A stretch of DNA of 64,000 nt from a bacterium (GTDB lineage Bacteria > Patescibacteriota > Microgenomatia > Daviesbacterales > UBA10151), in assembly GCA_021786315.1 (NCBI GenBank), contig JAJYNN010000002.1:398997-462996 (forward strand). Direction: 5' to 3'. Made by a program: the position numbers and the translations under genes. This document shows positions 21,142 to 31,100 of the stretch, in pieces (position 1 is the stretch's first letter; every line of letters starts with the position of its first letter). The notes beneath the pieces are model-generated. The model was given only the letters and a program-made list of their open reading frames with translations, did no database searches and was not told the origin of the DNA.

Positions 21142-21828
21142 TCAGGTTAATTTCTTGAGGGCTTCTTTGGCAGCCTCTTCCTCAGCTTGTTGCTTATTGG
21201 AACCGTTACCCTCACCTATCTGGTCTTCTCTGACAAATACCCCCACTGTAAACCTTTTGGCATGGTCCGGTCCCAAAGATGCCAGCGTTTTATACTTCGG
21301 GGAAACCTGGAACCTGCTTTGGACAAGCTCCTGTAGTTCGCTTTTGGGGTCACGGGGCGCACCTTTTTTAATTTCTTCCGAGAACAGAGGCAACAGTGCC
21401 TTATGGACAAGTGTTCTGGCTGCCTCAATTCCCTGGTCCAAGAACGTTGCCCCGAGGACTGCTTCAAAGGTATTGGCCAGTATCTGGGTATTCTCTCTGC
21501 CTCCGGAGACTTCTTCGCCTTTGGAAAGTTTTAAGTATTTACCAAGGCCTAATTTTTGGGATGCTTTGGCTAAACTGTCAGTTTTAACAATATAAGCCCG
21601 TAAATTTGTTAGAGCTCCTTCGTTGTCTTCAGTTCTTAAATTAAATAAAAATGAAGAGACGATAAAAGAAAGCACAGAATCGCCCAAAAACTCCAAACGC
21701 TCGTTGGATTCTGTTGCTTCTTTGGACTCGTTTAAATACGAACGGTGTGTGAAAGCTTTTTCGTAAATTTGCCGGTCTTTGGGTGAAAGTCCTAACTCTT
21801 TTAAAATGCCTATAAAATCATTCTCCAT
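21142..21828 (-). CDS. rnc: Ribonuclease III
   Basis: AFTHRS, NERLEFLGD, EAVLGA, C-terminal dsRBD. Confidence 0.97.
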   Translation of the reverse strand: MENDFIGILKELGLSPKDRQIYEKAFTHRSYLNESKEATESNERLEFLGDSVLSFIVSSFLFNLRTEDNEGALTNLRAYIVKTDSLAKASQKLGLGKYLKLSKGEEVSGGRENTQILANTFEAVLGATFLDQGIEAARTLVHKALLPLFSEEIKKGAPRDPKSELQELVQSRFQVSPKYKTLASLGPDHAKRFTVGVFVREDQIGEGNGSNKQQAEEEAAKEALKKLT

Positions 21829-21897
21829 ACCTTATTTTAACAGTTTTGGGCGAGGCATAGCTGTTAGATTTACTCTAGCAGCTTAGCGCGTAGCGCC

Positions 21898-21922
21898 AAT
21901 TGCTTGAGTTACTCAAGCAATT
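21898..21922. other. Perfect intergenic hairpin
   Basis: AATTGCTTGAG-TTA-CTCAAGCAATT between the acpP-like gene and rnc. Confidence 0.6.
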
Positions 21923-21948
21923 TATTGTGAAACATCAAGCTCTAGAAT

Positions 21949-22182
21949 TTATTCTAGTAGCTTATCTTCAATCAAGTCTACCAAGTCACCTACCGTTTCG
22001 ATATCTTCCATCTCTCTGGGATCAAATATAATAGTAAATCTCTTGGAAAGACTGGTAAAAAGGTCTGCAATCTCTACCCTGTTTAAGCCTAAATCGTCAG
22101 AAAGATCTGAATCTAAGTCTACATCGGTAACCGGCAGGGTTAATTCTTCGGCAATTGCTTCGATAATTTCCTTTTGTGTCAT
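21949..22182 (-). CDS. Acyl-carrier-protein-like, lacking the phosphopantetheine Ser
   Basis: 77 aa acidic; DLGLNRVE aligns with canonical DLGADSLD; IETVGDLV; next to rnc. Confidence 0.8.
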   Translation of the reverse strand: MTQKEIIEAIAEELTLPVTDVDLDSDLSDDLGLNRVEIADLFTSLSKRFTIIFDPREMEDIETVGDLVDLIEDKLLE

Positions 22183-22556
22183 GCTTTTTCCTCCTTTTCT
22201 AAATGATGAGCAGTAATTACATTGCCCAACACGCCGTTAATGAAGCTGGAGCTGGTTTCTGCGCCAAACTCTTTAGCCAGTTCTACTGCTTCATCAGCGA
22301 CAACCTTAAACGGCACGTCTTTTTTAATTATTAACTCAAAAATTGCTAAACGCAAGATGGCTAAATCAACCCTATTAATTTGGTTTATAGGCCATTCAGG
22401 GGCAGCCTTGGTAAGTTCCTCGTCGATTTCAGAGAGGTTTTCAACAATCTTTTTTGCTTCCTCAGTATCGAGCTTGTCTTTACGGAATTCCCAGGTAAAC
22501 AGATCTTGCATGGCGGCAATTCGGGCTTTGTGTCTGGGGTCATGGGAGGTTTTCAT
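22179..22556 (-). CDS. nusB: Transcription antitermination factor NusB
   Basis: RHKAR, VDLAILRLA, EAVELAKEFG, FINGVLG. Confidence 0.95.
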   Translation of the reverse strand: MKTSHDPRHKARIAAMQDLFTWEFRKDKLDTEEAKKIVENLSEIDEELTKAAPEWPINQINRVDLAILRLAIFELIIKKDVPFKVVADEAVELAKEFGAETSSSFINGVLGNVITAHHLEKEEKA

Positions 22557-22577
22557 AATTTTTTTGAGGGTCTTAAA

Positions 22578-22778
22578 TTAAGCCTTGGTAACTACTACTC
22601 CCGTTTTGGCCTTAACCTTTTTTCCTGCGTAGAAACCACAGCTCTTGCAAACCTGGTGTGGAAGGGTCGGCTTGCCGCAATTAGCACACTTTAAAAGTCC
22701 AAGACTTTCCAGCTTAATACTGGCGCGTCTGGTTCTTTTTCTAGCCTTACTGTGTCGTCTTTTTGGTTCCTGTGGCAT
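22578..22778 (-). CDS. rpmF: 50S ribosomal protein L32
   Basis: PKRRHSKARKRTRR, CxxC...HQVCxxCGFY. Confidence 0.96.
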   Translation of the reverse strand: MPQEPKRRHSKARKRTRRASIKLESLGLLKCANCGKPTLPHQVCKSCGFYAGKKVKAKTGVVVTKA

Positions 22779-22787
22779 ATGTTAATT

Positions 22788-24803
22788 TTAATCTGGCATC
22801 ACATCTGATGCAAGGTCTGACAATTTTCCTCTAATTTCAGGGTATTTGTCAAGCGTAGGATCTAAATTTAAAAGTAATGCAGCCGATTTCTTGGCTTCTT
22901 CAATCAGTTTCAAGTCAAAGAAGTTAGCTATCTTTAAGTTCCACCTGCCGCTTTGGCGGAGCCCGAATACTTCTCCGGATCCGCGGATTTTAAGGTCCAG
23001 TTCGGATAACTCCAGGCCTTCATGAATTGTTTCTAAATTTTTGAGTCTTTGGACAATTTCCGGATTTTCCTGTTCACTAAAAAGAAAGGTATAAGACTGA
23101 ACTAACCCTCTTCCTACCCTACCCCGCAGCTGATGGAGCTGTGCCAAACCAAATCTTTCTGCTCCTTCGATAACCATAATAGTGGCGTTGGTGACGTCTA
23201 CCCCTACTTCGACTACGGAAGTTGAAACCAGGATATCAATCTTATGGTTTTTGAAATCATTAATGACTTGTTCTTTCTCCTTAGCCTTTAGCTTTCCGTG
23301 TAAGAGCCCCAAATGTAAATCGGGAAAGATTTTTGTTTGCAGCCTTTCGTACTCTGTTTTGGCGGCTTTGGCCGATAAATTTGTCTCCGATTCTTCAATT
23401 AACGGGGTAATGATGTATACCTGGAAACCTTGCTTAACTTGGTCTGAGATAAATTTATACCCATCATCCCTCTTTTCTGAGGGTACAAAGTGGGTCCGGA
23501 CAATTTTCCTGCCCTTTGGTAGTTCGTCAATAATCGAAAGGTCCAGATCACCGTAAAGGGTCAAGGCAACGGTCCGGGGGATTGGTGTGGCGGTCATGGT
23601 CAAAAAATGCGGAACCTTTGCCTTTTTCCTCAAAACGGTCCTTTGCTCCACCCCAAAACGTTGTTGTTCATCCACGATAACCAGCCCAACATTTTCTAAA
23701 GAGAGTTTCTCTGAAAGTAGAGCATGTGTTCCTATAATAATAGATGAGCCGGTATTGGCGGCTTTCCTGCTTCCGGTATAAAGGCCTATTTCTATTCCCA
23801 AAGGAGAAAGCAGCCTGGAAAAAGTCTCAAAATGCTGAAAAGCTAAGATTTCGGTTGGAGCCATCAGAGTGACTTTGAGCCCATTTAAGTGGACGAGATA
23901 GGCTGCCAAGGCTGCAACGACAGTTTTACCGGAACCAACCTCTCCTTGGACCAATCTATTCATTGGCTGGGTCTTCCCTAAATCCTTAATTATTTCTTCT
24001 AAGACTCTAAGTTGCGCTCCGGTTAGCTCAAAAGGTAATGATTGAATAAACTCCTCTAACCTTTTCCGGTCGATTCTTAATGGCTCAACAACTTGTTGTT
24101 TTTGCCATTCTAACCTTTTCTTCTGGGTGGCCAGCTGTAAATAAAACAGTTCGTCAAAAGATAAACGTTGCCGGGCTTTTTCCAGCTTTTCCCCGTTATC
24201 CGGGAAGTGGACCTGTTCTAAAGATTCGCTCAAAGATAGCTTATCTTTTTTAATGATATCGGGAAGCGGGTCGGAAATTTTAGGAAGCATCACCGGCAAA
24301 ACTAAAGACATCTTTTGCCTGATCCAGCGGGAGGAAACGTTAGCTGTTTCCGGATAAACCGGAACTAATCTTCCTGTGTGGAGCGATTCCATCTGAACTT
24401 CCGGCGCCTTTTCCCAGACCGGTGAAACCAAACTAACTTTTGCATGGTACTTGTCAACCTTTCCGGCTACCCTTATCCGGTCCCCTGACTTTAAAGTCTT
24501 AGTCAGCCAGGGTTGGTTAAACCAGACTAGCTCGACTGTGCCTCCCCCATCATTTAATAATGCCTTGGTGAGAATTTTGCGGTTTCGGGTATAAACATTG
24601 GAGATTGACCAAAGCTCACCGGTTAGAGTTACTTTTTCCCCAACCTGGGCTTCCGCCACTGTACTGGTGTGGGAAAGATCGTCATAACGGAAAGGATAAT
24701 GGGTGATTAAATCGCCGACATTAAAAAGCTCTAATCTTTCCAGTCTCTTGGCAAAAGATGGACCGATACCAGGGATGTTATAAAGTGGTGTCTTAAGATC
24801 CAT
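22788..24803 (-). CDS. recG: ATP-dependent DNA helicase RecG
   Basis: QGEVGSGKT, MAPTEILA, DEQQRFG, MTATPIPRT, QLHQLRGRVGRG. Confidence 0.96.
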   Translation of the reverse strand: MDLKTPLYNIPGIGPSFAKRLERLELFNVGDLITHYPFRYDDLSHTSTVAEAQVGEKVTLTGELWSISNVYTRNRKILTKALLNDGGGTVELVWFNQPWLTKTLKSGDRIRVAGKVDKYHAKVSLVSPVWEKAPEVQMESLHTGRLVPVYPETANVSSRWIRQKMSLVLPVMLPKISDPLPDIIKKDKLSLSESLEQVHFPDNGEKLEKARQRLSFDELFYLQLATQKKRLEWQKQQVVEPLRIDRKRLEEFIQSLPFELTGAQLRVLEEIIKDLGKTQPMNRLVQGEVGSGKTVVAALAAYLVHLNGLKVTLMAPTEILAFQHFETFSRLLSPLGIEIGLYTGSRKAANTGSSIIIGTHALLSEKLSLENVGLVIVDEQQRFGVEQRTVLRKKAKVPHFLTMTATPIPRTVALTLYGDLDLSIIDELPKGRKIVRTHFVPSEKRDDGYKFISDQVKQGFQVYIITPLIEESETNLSAKAAKTEYERLQTKIFPDLHLGLLHGKLKAKEKEQVINDFKNHKIDILVSTSVVEVGVDVTNATIMVIEGAERFGLAQLHQLRGRVGRGLVQSYTFLFSEQENPEIVQRLKNLETIHEGLELSELDLKIRGSGEVFGLRQSGRWNLKIANFFDLKLIEEAKKSAALLLNLDPTLDKYPEIRGKLSDLASDVMPD

Positions 24804-24815
24804 GAAGGCATTATA

Positions 24816-27800
24816 TCAGGCTTGAGTTACGGTGAAGGTGACAGCGCCGCTTTGAGGATCGTACGTTACCGAGCTAAAGTGGCGGCCTTTTTCTTGGACT
24901 ATTTCTTTATATGCTGCAATCTTGTCCAAGTCTGTTTCGGTCAGCTTGTTTATTGAAACCGGGATTCTCAAAGTTCCGTTGGCGCCCAGAATGTTGTTTG
25001 TCATAGCGATTTTCATGCTTCCTGCCATCCGCTCATCCATGCCCTGCCAGTACCTGTCAGCATTGCCATTTCCGTTAATTCCTGCCTCTGGCTCGGTTAC
25101 TTCAGGAGAGGATAGCAGTTCCTTAATATCTGCCTGGGTCGATGTTCCGTTCTGCTTCGGAGGTGTTTTTGCTGACGGAGTACTTTGGGAATTATTTCCG
25201 GCCTCTTTTGCCTCAATTGCCCGTTGGATGTTACGGTCAGGCGTTCCATATTGCTGGTAGTGCTGGTAGGCATCGAAAAGCATTCTGGCAACTAACTTAA
25301 TTTGCATCTGGTTCAATAGCTTATTGTGCGATTCCAGTTGCAGATATTTCCCCAGATTCATTCCGTCAACATCTGTAAAGTCCGGCATTCTTAAATTAAG
25401 GTTGAGTACTTGTTCGGTGACTGGAAGGTGAGCATCTTCACCCGGCCTCAAAGATCTTTGGATCTCCGGCTCGAATAATTTGTAGAATTGGTCGCTGATT
25501 TTATAGTAGTTTTGAGAAAGGATATAAATCCTTTCAGCTACAGCGTTAGCTAAATCTTCTTCATTTTTGAAGTTTCCGCTTTTGCGGATGGAATCTGTAA
25601 GTGAACCCAGGGTGATGTCATTGTCCCCGGTGATTGTCCGTAAAACATTAATGTCGCTGACTGCGGTTTTGGCGGTAACTTCCGCTTCCCTGTCGGGAAT
25701 CAGCTGGTCATTGTCCTGGATCAACCCAAAAACCCTGGTTGTAACAGCATCTTCAAAACTACTCTCCAGCTCCTCAACTTTAGTTTCTTCTGCTATTGGC
25801 TGGTTATCTTCAATTGGTTGGGTATTCGCAAGGTTCTCGGTAGTTGTCTTTATAGGAGCTACCATTCGATCGTGATGGTCTGGATCAGGAGCATATTCAC
25901 CAATCTCCAATCCTCTCTTTTCTCTGGCGAGCATTCTATAAACTGCCATTACCTCCTTGTCGTATAAGGTGGGGTTATCAGGGCTTTTTGCATTGATCCA
26001 GGTAGCTCCGTTCTTTAGATCATTGTCAATGTTATCTAGGATTTGTTGCTCCACCTCTTCCCTGTCTCCTATGGCTTCAAAGTACTGTTCAACCAACTCT
26101 GCCTCGGAAAGATTATTTCCTATTTGGTCCGGAGCTGAATCTGCATCAATCTGTATGGATTCAGTCTGGTTCGGGTTAGAATTGGTTGGTCCAGGTTTTT
26201 GTATTGGGGCTATCATAAATTCTGGGTTGTTCGGGTCTGGTTTAAACTCTCCGATTTCTAACCCCCTTTTGTCTTTGGCCAGTTTTTGCACTGCAGCTAA
26301 TTGCTGTTTATCGTAGTCGGTTAGGTCGTCGCCATGTGCCGGTATGGAGATGGTTCCAGAGGCAACGGATTTGTCAATATTATCCAAAGCAAGAGTTTCA
26401 AACTCTTGCCGATTAGATCCAAGCAGATTATAAAATTGTTCGGCTAAGTCATTGTTTGTATCTTTAGAAGATGGATTGGTTGTTTCTGCTTGTTGTCCTG
26501 CTCTCTGTATCTTATCTGCTTCTTCTTGAGCATGATGTCTTTCGGTTTCGGGCTTATAACCCTGGTCTTTATTCGGTCCAAGCGGTTTTCTTGGCGCCAA
26601 AATAGTGGGAATAAATCCAGCTGCGGGATCAGAAGGACCGGCAATATTTGTGGGTATTGCATGAAGAATTGCATAACCAGGTGAATGGGTGGTGATAGTA
26701 TCTACACCCTGTCCGACGGAGGTGGCAACAATGGAGCGGCCTAAATTTCCGGCTGCATCATGCTCAACATGGGCAATCTCTACAAATTTCGCCAACTGGA
26801 CAACTTTGCCGTTCTCTACTTTAAAGAATTGGTTAAGGTCAGAACCGGAAGGAAGATTAATATGGCCATGGCTATCCTCACTAACTACCAATTTAATGAC
26901 ATCACGAGCCTGGTCGGCTGCATCATTGGGGGTAATTAAAATTTCGAAATTCTTGAAAGTTTTTACTCCGTCGGCTCCGGTTAAGATATCGTGGTTAATA
27001 TCCGTCGGCACGGTATTTTCCCGGATAACATTGGACATATCAATGTCTACTGTTCCGTCAGGGTTAGTGTTTAGCTGAAGCTGGAGCTCATCCCGGTCGT
27101 AGACGCCGGGAGTTCCGTTATCAATGAACCTGGTCCGGTGAGCCTTGTCCGCACTATCTTTGAAAGCATCCAAAGGGTTTTTGGTCTCCGTTTTTCCGGG
27201 GATTTCGGTGGTTGATGTATTAAAACCAGCGGCTTTGAGGTCGGACTGGAGTTTGTCAAAATCAGTCCCGGGAAGCTTGGATTGGTCAAAATCTATTTGG
27301 GCATCATTGCCAACGGTTCCGTGATACTCAACCCCGGTAGATTTATCAGTAAGCACTACCTCGTGGGTTTTCCCGATAACGGTAAGGTTCATCTTGTCGG
27401 TGGAGAAGCTTTCGGTGTTGCCGGAGGTAACAACTGTTTTAATATGGTCAGCGCTCAGCCCCGGGTTTTTGGGTGTCAACTCATGCGCTACATTGAGCCC
27501 GGCGCCGCCGATAAAATTTTGGACGGCGGCTGCTTCAGCAACGTTTGGCCGGCCAAATAAATTGCCGAGGTGTTTGGCGCCACTCTCCACCATTGTTTCG
27601 CCCATGTTTATCCCCAGGGCTCTGCCTCCTACAGCCATGACTTCCTGGGAAATCAATCCTCCCGCAAGACCCGAGATTGCTCCGAATGCCACTGCTTTTG
27701 CCGCTTCTGCCCGACGGTATTTATTAAAATTACTGGTTTGTTCTTGTTGGATATCAGCAAAGTTATTCCAGAACCTTTCATCTGCTTCTATCAACTTGCC

Positions 27801-29681
27801 TGTAATTTGTTCATCGGTTAACCCGGCACCTTTCAATTTTTCCTTGGCGATAACCTGGGCTTTAACAAGTTCCAGCTTTTCTACCTCAGTGGTGAACCGG
27901 TCAGAAAACTGGATTAAATCGACTTTATTGAGGATGCCGTAATCGATACGGGCGTCAATTTCGGCAACTTTTTCAATCAGCTTATTAATGGACAGCTCTG
28001 TAGAAAGGTCAGCATTTGTCAGTGTATCCAGTTCTGAAGATAAACCTTTGGCGGTAACCCTTTCCCCATCCTCTGAGATATTGAGGCGGAACTCATCAAG
28101 CTTAGCCCTTCTTTTGTCCGCCTTCCCTTTATCAGTTTTACCATAAGCACGGTCCCTTTCGTTAAGCTCAAAATCTCTTTTAAGGTCTGTCCATCGCCTG
28201 AGCCCGGCAAAAACTCCGCCTAGGGCTGCTCCAGCCAGAGGGAAACCTGTAGCTGCCTTTGATCCCCAGCCTAAAATCCCTTTTGCCCCAGCCCCGGCTG
28301 CCCCAAAAGCTACTCCAATAAAGAATGGGTTTGCCAGGAGTCCGCGGTATTGTCCTCCCTGCAGCCAGTTCATTGTCTTTTCCAGTTTTGAATAATCTGC
28401 CTCAGTAGTCGCGGCATTGATGGTTCGGGCAAATTGGAAATCCAATCTTTGGTCAAGGTTATCCAGTCCCTCAGTTCCCCGTTCGAAGGACAGCCGGATT
28501 TTTTGGGCAACCTCAAGAATATTGTTACCGATAAATTTAGCGTCTTTAATATAGGCTGCTACATCGGGGTTATTTTTAAGATCTTCGATCAGGGATTGAG
28601 ATTCACTGTTAAATTCATCAACCGTTATCTCTCCTTTGGTAAAACGGGTAATTAACCCGGAAACCTTATTATTAAACTCTGCATTTTCATACTTTGCGGA
28701 TTCTTCCTCTTTGTAAACCTTGCCTTCCGCAACCCGCTCCGCAACGCTGGTAGTTTGAAGTTTTTGTTTTTCCCGGGCGTCGTTTACTTCCTTCAAAGCG
28801 CCGGATAAAGAATCAATTTCGGTAAAGTAAATCCCGCTTTCAATTGCAGCCGCTTGGCATTGCTCAGCTTTAGTATATTTATAATATTGCTCCCCTAGCC
28901 TGAATTTTGCTGCCCTGAACCATTCCAGCGGGTTTAACCTGTTTTTAACATGCAGTTGTTCCCGGACATATTCCCCTGCCTGCTCCCGGGCCATCTTTTT
29001 GGCATCATCGTCGACATTGGCTACACCGATGGTATAACGCTCCACTGAAGACGGCGGTGTAGGTGGGGTTGGTGGAGGTGGGGTTGGCGGGGTTGGTGGA
29101 GGTGGCTCTTCATCCTTCGGAGGCACAAACAGCTCCCGGCGTTTTTTCAGGGTATCAATGGCAATTTCGACATTCTTGTTGTAATCTGGCGTGATTCGCC
29201 CGTCCATCCGCATACGGTAGATCTCTTCCCTTACCCTGGCTTGGTAATAACGGGGTACCCATCTCCAGGGTAAATCAAAGTAGTCCTTGGTATTTTTTCT
29301 TTGGGTTAAAGTCCGGAGTATATCCTGCAGCTCTTGGGCACGGGCCAAATCCTTATTTTTGCGCGCTTCTTTGTGTTGAGCTTCGAGATAGGTCAGCATT
29401 TCATCAACCGGGATTCCTTCTTTCTGCTCCTTGATGACTTTCCCTTTCTCATCTGCCAGTTCAAGTGTTTCCGTACCGTCGCCTCCAGCCTCCAGGTCGG
29501 CAATCCTGGTTTTTATGGTATCGAGTTCAATGCTCTGGGCTTTGGTTCTTTTGGCTTCGGGAATAGTTTCAAAAAGCGACACCCCGTTTTTAAGGGATTC
29601 CACTACCCTCTCGTGAGTTAACCTTTCTTTTCCCTTCGCAGCCTCAGGGGAGATGACAGAGATATCAGGGCTGGTGACCAT
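24816..29681 (-). CDS. Giant 1621-aa hypothetical membrane protein
   Basis: Uninterrupted ORF; Pro-rich linker, Gly-rich hydrophobic segments, repeated C-terminal domain. Confidence 0.85.
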   Translation of the reverse strand: MVTSPDISVISPEAAKGKERLTHERVVESLKNGVSLFETIPEAKRTKAQSIELDTIKTRIADLEAGGDGTETLELADEKGKVIKEQKEGIPVDEMLTYLEAQHKEARKNKDLARAQELQDILRTLTQRKNTKDYFDLPWRWVPRYYQARVREEIYRMRMDGRITPDYNKNVEIAIDTLKKRRELFVPPKDEEPPPPTPPTPPPPTPPTPPSSVERYTIGVANVDDDAKKMAREQAGEYVREQLHVKNRLNPLEWFRAAKFRLGEQYYKYTKAEQCQAAAIESGIYFTEIDSLSGALKEVNDAREKQKLQTTSVAERVAEGKVYKEEESAKYENAEFNNKVSGLITRFTKGEITVDEFNSESQSLIEDLKNNPDVAAYIKDAKFIGNNILEVAQKIRLSFERGTEGLDNLDQRLDFQFARTINAATTEADYSKLEKTMNWLQGGQYRGLLANPFFIGVAFGAAGAGAKGILGWGSKAATGFPLAGAALGGVFAGLRRWTDLKRDFELNERDRAYGKTDKGKADKRRAKLDEFRLNISEDGERVTAKGLSSELDTLTNADLSTELSINKLIEKVAEIDARIDYGILNKVDLIQFSDRFTTEVEKLELVKAQVIAKEKLKGAGLTDEQITGKLIEADERFWNNFADIQQEQTSNFNKYRRAEAAKAVAFGAISGLAGGLISQEVMAVGGRALGINMGETMVESGAKHLGNLFGRPNVAEAAAVQNFIGGAGLNVAHELTPKNPGLSADHIKTVVTSGNTESFSTDKMNLTVIGKTHEVVLTDKSTGVEYHGTVGNDAQIDFDQSKLPGTDFDKLQSDLKAAGFNTSTTEIPGKTETKNPLDAFKDSADKAHRTRFIDNGTPGVYDRDELQLQLNTNPDGTVDIDMSNVIRENTVPTDINHDILTGADGVKTFKNFEILITPNDAADQARDVIKLVVSEDSHGHINLPSGSDLNQFFKVENGKVVQLAKFVEIAHVEHDAAGNLGRSIVATSVGQGVDTITTHSPGYAILHAIPTNIAGPSDPAAGFIPTILAPRKPLGPNKDQGYKPETERHHAQEEADKIQRAGQQAETTNPSSKDTNNDLAEQFYNLLGSNRQEFETLALDNIDKSVASGTISIPAHGDDLTDYDKQQLAAVQKLAKDKRGLEIGEFKPDPNNPEFMIAPIQKPGPTNSNPNQTESIQIDADSAPDQIGNNLSEAELVEQYFEAIGDREEVEQQILDNIDNDLKNGATWINAKSPDNPTLYDKEVMAVYRMLAREKRGLEIGEYAPDPDHHDRMVAPIKTTTENLANTQPIEDNQPIAEETKVEELESSFEDAVTTRVFGLIQDNDQLIPDREAEVTAKTAVSDINVLRTITGDNDITLGSLTDSIRKSGNFKNEEDLANAVAERIYILSQNYYKISDQFYKLFEPEIQRSLRPGEDAHLPVTEQVLNLNLRMPDFTDVDGMNLGKYLQLESHNKLLNQMQIKLVARMLFDAYQHYQQYGTPDRNIQRAIEAKEAGNNSQSTPSAKTPPKQNGTSTQADIKELLSSPEVTEPEAGINGNGNADRYWQGMDERMAGSMKIAMTNNILGANGTLRIPVSINKLTETDLDKIAAYKEIVQEKGRHFSSVTYDPQSGAVTFTVTQA

Positions 29682-29686
29682 ATCTT

Positions 29687-30124
29687 TTAACTTCCGGCTG
29701 GTTGATTATCCGCTGGCTGGGGGGCTTCCGTTTGCGGAGCTGTTTGCTGGGTACCAGCTAGAAAATAAGTCCGGAAATCCACCAGGCTTTGCACAAACAC
29801 CTCTTTGGCATTAGGCAAATGGGCATTAATAAACTGCTCAATTTCCTCTTTATTTGTTGATGTCTGAATTACCTGAGTAAAAGCTTCCACGTCCTCCGGC
29901 TTCATATTTTCCATAGCATCGGCAATTAATTTCTTTTCCAGCCTTGTATAGAGGTCAAAAAGCATCGGCTCTTTCAATTCAGGTGTTAAAGTCATTCCGG
30001 CATCTTCCAGGATGTTTTCCAAAAACGCTCGAATATCCTGAGGAATCTCCGGCTGCCGGGTTGTTTCCTGTGTAGGTTGCGGTGTCGGTTGAGGAGCTGT
30101 CTGATTTGCTGTTTGGTTATCCAT
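29687..30124 (-). CDS. DUF5663-like small helical protein
   Basis: FLENILEDAG...LEKKL...IEQFI...F pattern recalled for this CPR family; strong SD. Confidence 0.6.
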   Translation of the reverse strand: MDNQTANQTAPQPTPQPTQETTRQPEIPQDIRAFLENILEDAGMTLTPELKEPMLFDLYTRLEKKLIADAMENMKPEDVEAFTQVIQTSTNKEEIEQFINAHLPNAKEVFVQSLVDFRTYFLAGTQQTAPQTEAPQPADNQPAGS

Positions 30125-30215
30125 TGCTCACCTTCCTTTCTTCTTGGATATATCCAGTATTTCATTTATTAATAAAAGTTGTCAATGACTTTTGGCTTGA
30201 AATATACTTAAATTA

Positions 30216-30995
30216 ATGGGATTTTCCGGGGTTATTTTAGCAGGCCTATTTTTATCAGAACTCTTTATCTTATTCTTTCTTTCTCGATTTTTAACCAAAT
30301 CACTCTCACGGGTTTTATATGCCGTGACCCGAAGCCGGAAAGTAACGGTCTATCTTCTGGCAATTATCTTTTTGCCGGGAACAATTATTCACGAGCTGGC
30401 CCACTTTTTATCTGCGGAGATGATGTTGGTGCCAACCGGAGATATTGATATTTTCCCGGAAATAGGGCTACCTTCCGACGTGCGTCGGAACGATCCTGTA
30501 ATTTCTCGAGGACTCGAAATTATTGAAGAAAAAAGTATTCGCTTGGGTAGTATCCAAGTTGGGCAAACTGATATGGTCAGAAGGTTTCTTATCGGTGTGG
30601 CACCCGTTGTTGTCGGGCTGGGTTTAATCTTTGGGGTTTTGTGGGTCATGCAGGAGCATCTTTTGGGAAGCTTGTCTTTTTGGCAACAGACGTTGGCTTT
30701 TTATACGGTTTTTGTGATTTCCAACAATATGTTTTCCAGTAAAAAGGACATGGAAGGGGCAGCAGCATTTTTAGTGGCAATATTTGCTGTCTCGGCTTTG
30801 GTTTTGGGAGTACTGTACTTTACCGGAAATCTTGATTTTGGATTTATTTTCCGGAAATTAGAAGCTTCGGAACTTGTAAATTTCTTTCAAAAGGTAGATC
30901 AGTTTTTGGTCGTTCCCTTAGGTTTGGATGTGGCAATTTTAGGATTGGCTACAGTTTTGACAGGGATAAGTCGAAAGGCAAAGAGCCTAATTTAA
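30216..30995 (+). CDS. Membrane zinc metalloprotease-like protein (M50-related) with repeat insertion
   Basis: PGTIIHELAH (HExxH), IGVAP, SKKD; several TM helices. Confidence 0.75.
   Translation: MGFSGVILAGLFLSELFILFFLSRFLTKSLSRVLYAVTRSRKVTVYLLAIIFLPGTIIHELAHFLSAEMMLVPTGDIDIFPEIGLPSDVRRNDPVISRGLEIIEEKSIRLGSIQVGQTDMVRRFLIGVAPVVVGLGLIFGVLWVMQEHLLGSLSFWQQTLAFYTVFVISNNMFSSKKDMEGAAAFLVAIFAVSALVLGVLYFTGNLDFGFIFRKLEASELVNFFQKVDQFLVVPLGLDVAILGLATVLTGISRKAKSLI
30462..30523 (+). repeat. Palindromic repeat family A, copy 3 (both hairpins, in frame)
   Basis: ATAGGGCTACC-TTCCGACG-TG-CGTCGGAA-CGATCCTGT-AATTTC..GAAATTAT. Confidence 0.9.
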
Positions 30996-31093
30996 AGGCT
31001 GGAGAGAAGCGGGAGAAGTGAAAAAAGGATAATGGAAATTCCCCCAATTACCGATAAAACAATCCAAAAAACTTTAAATTTCTTTGAATACAT
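30992..31093 (-). CDS. Small single-TM protein, 33 aa
   Basis: Hand translation MYSKKFKVFWIVLSVIGGISIILFSLLPLLSSL*; fills the gap and its stop overlaps the convergent stop. Confidence 0.6.
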   Translation of the reverse strand: MYSKKFKVFWIVLSVIGGISIILFSLLPLLSSL

Positions 31094-31100
31094 GATTAAA

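Noticed and set aside
29052-29106. GGT/GGG-rich repeat
   Set aside because: Codon-phased; explained by the PPPPTPPT protein linker.
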